Part shown: piece after piece, positions 62,470 to 64,000 of the stretch
Layout: every line of letters begins with the position of its first letter
Numbering within the stretch: position 1 is the first letter of the stretch
Source: Podarcis cretensis
Lineage: Eukaryota
Assembly: GCA_951804945.1 (NCBI GenBank)
Contig: OX638155.1
Location: forward strand, 29,450,001-29,514,000
Direction of reading: 5' to 3'
DNA: 64,000 bases
Program-made: the position numbers and the translations under genes
The notes under the pieces: generated by a model
What the model saw: only the letters and a program-made list of their open reading frames with translations
The model's database searches: none
Told to the model about the DNA's origin: nothing

Positions 62470-62650
62470 GGGCCATAGCTCAGTGGTAGAGCATCTGCTT
62501 TGCATGAAGGTCCCAGGTTCAATCCCCAGCATCTTCAGGTAGGGCTTTGTGAGGACACTGCCTGAAACCCTGGAGAGCTGCCACTCGTCGGTGTAGACTA
62601 TACTGCACTAGGTGGACCAATGGTCTGACTTGGTATATGGCAGCTTCCTA
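62470..62650 (+). mobile_element. tRNA-Ala-derived squamate SINE (Squam2-like)
   Basis: A-box tagctcagtgg, B-box ggttcaatcc, CR1-group tail ggaccaatggtctgact...gcagcttccta. Confidence 0.8.
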
Positions 62651-64000
62651 CAGGCTTGATCTGCCATTGGTCATGCTGTGTACCACTTAGTGTTGTGGCT
62701 AACTGGTGGATCTGAGAGAGTGAAGTCAACCTTCAGGGATACCAGAAGTCATTGAATTTGGATAGTTATTCATGAACAAACTGCAGAGAACTAGCTTTGG
62801 TAAACGAAATGATCTGTTGTCATACTGGCAAGACAGACTGTGCATTTGGGGCATCCTAAGGACAGACACTACCATCTCTAAGTCAGCTCCTTACTCCATG
62901 GTCACATAGATGCACTTGAGGAACAACCCTCCCCTTAAATCCATAGGGTCTGGCCCCTAAGAATGTCCATAGCTGAAATGGAATGAGAGTCTAGGTAACT
63001 CTGGAGCATGTTCACCAATACTTCAACTGCGGTTTGAGGCTGACTCAGTGTATATATTTCTTTGTTAAAATTTGAATGGGGAGGAGGGAGCCACCAAAGG
63101 GAAGAATGAATTGCAGAAAGTTTTAGGTACCAAATTATTTCCTAATATGCTTTGTGTACATATTAAGCAACAAGCATGAACAATAGTTATGGCACTTAGT
63201 TCCATTCGTTTGTTGTGGATCTCCTTTAACTCCAGTTTGGTAAATGTGTCCTTTCATCATATAAATTATATATATGGCACCTGCACAACAGAATCACTCT
63301 CCCTCCATCTCTCCCAGTTGCAAGATATCTGAAACCTTATCCGTTGTGTCATGTTGGATTACAGACAGTCAGTTCTATAAATTTTGGTCATCTCAATCCT
63401 CATCTCCCCAACTGCCTTGGTAAGATACTCAGACTGAGTTTGCTTGTGTTCTCACCAAGACCCCCTCTACTCAGAGTATTCATTTCAATGGAAAAATGGG
63501 GGTGTCCCTTTTTTGTTTATTGAAGGAGAAGGAGAAGAATATACAGGTTCATTGAGGCATATTATTTAAACAGAGGCGCATAAACCAGGTTCATATGGCA
63601 GAAACTCAACTCATAAACTAAACTCCATTAGACCTGAATATGTTCATTAACTGGTGTAAGCAAAAAAAAAAAAAAATCCCATTTGTTTATGGAATTTTAA
63701 GGGCAGAAAGGACTTGTGGTATAAGGCCCTTTTCAATGGGAAACACTATTTCCCACCCTTTTTTCTCTAAAAAAAAAAGCTCTTTTATCAAAATGTGTTT
63801 TACATGTGAGAGCTTCATAAAGCAGATAGGGAACAGGGCACATGTCCTGTGTAGTTTCTGGAAAAGAAAATTTAGGTGTGCATGCCAGGGGAAAAAGTGA
63901 TCATCACCATTCTTATCACTATCCTACTAACCTACGATTGCTGACAAAACTACCTTAATCCTGTGCATGAGACCATCTATAAAGTTTACATGCATACAGA

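Noticed and set aside
61300-62540. tRNA-Asn and tRNA-Ala genes
   Set aside because: Broken stems and direct continuation into LINE-derived tails show they are SINE heads.
34930-64000. Expected upstream OFCC1 exon ending in a YLEELEKHRFSV-like peptide
   Set aside because: Not found on manual scanning; probably beyond the window, though a diverged exon could have been missed. TBLASTN would settle it.
1-64000. CRISPR arrays, operons, defence systems or viral genes
   Set aside because: No regularly spaced repeats or gene-dense prokaryotic or viral organisation; the DNA is vertebrate intronic sequence.

Overview
Vertebrate genomic DNA from a squamate reptile. The Sauria-SINE subfamilies, Bov-B and MITE set point to a lacertid lizard. 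The whole window lies inside one large minus-strand gene, which I recognise from its peptide as OFCC1 (ojoplano/opo orthologue, a multi-pass membrane protein). Five consecutive coding exons splice in one open frame, and every visible splice site is canonical GT-AG: 34929-34711, 33325-33073, ~28945-28782 (its 5' end is hidden in an N-gap), 25403-25244 and 1228-1022. The last exon is absent from the ORF track. The upstream and final exons appear to lie outside the window. The introns hold ten Sauria SINEs of three subfamilies, Bov-B/CR1/L2/L1 fragments, three solo-LTR-like elements, many Tc1/mariner, hAT and Harbinger-type MITEs (nested up to four deep), and repeat-free AT-rich blocks that are candidate conserved enhancers (OFCC1 neighbours TFAP2A in other vertebrates). 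I see no prokaryote-type system and cannot claim a new biological system. The most interesting signals are compensatory base-pair changes in the SINE 3' hairpins, inverted young SINE pairs flanking a phase-symmetric exon block, a tRNA-Asn/CR1-tail SINE, and a composite MITE with a 6-bp TSD. Repeat family names are from pattern recall, not database searches.
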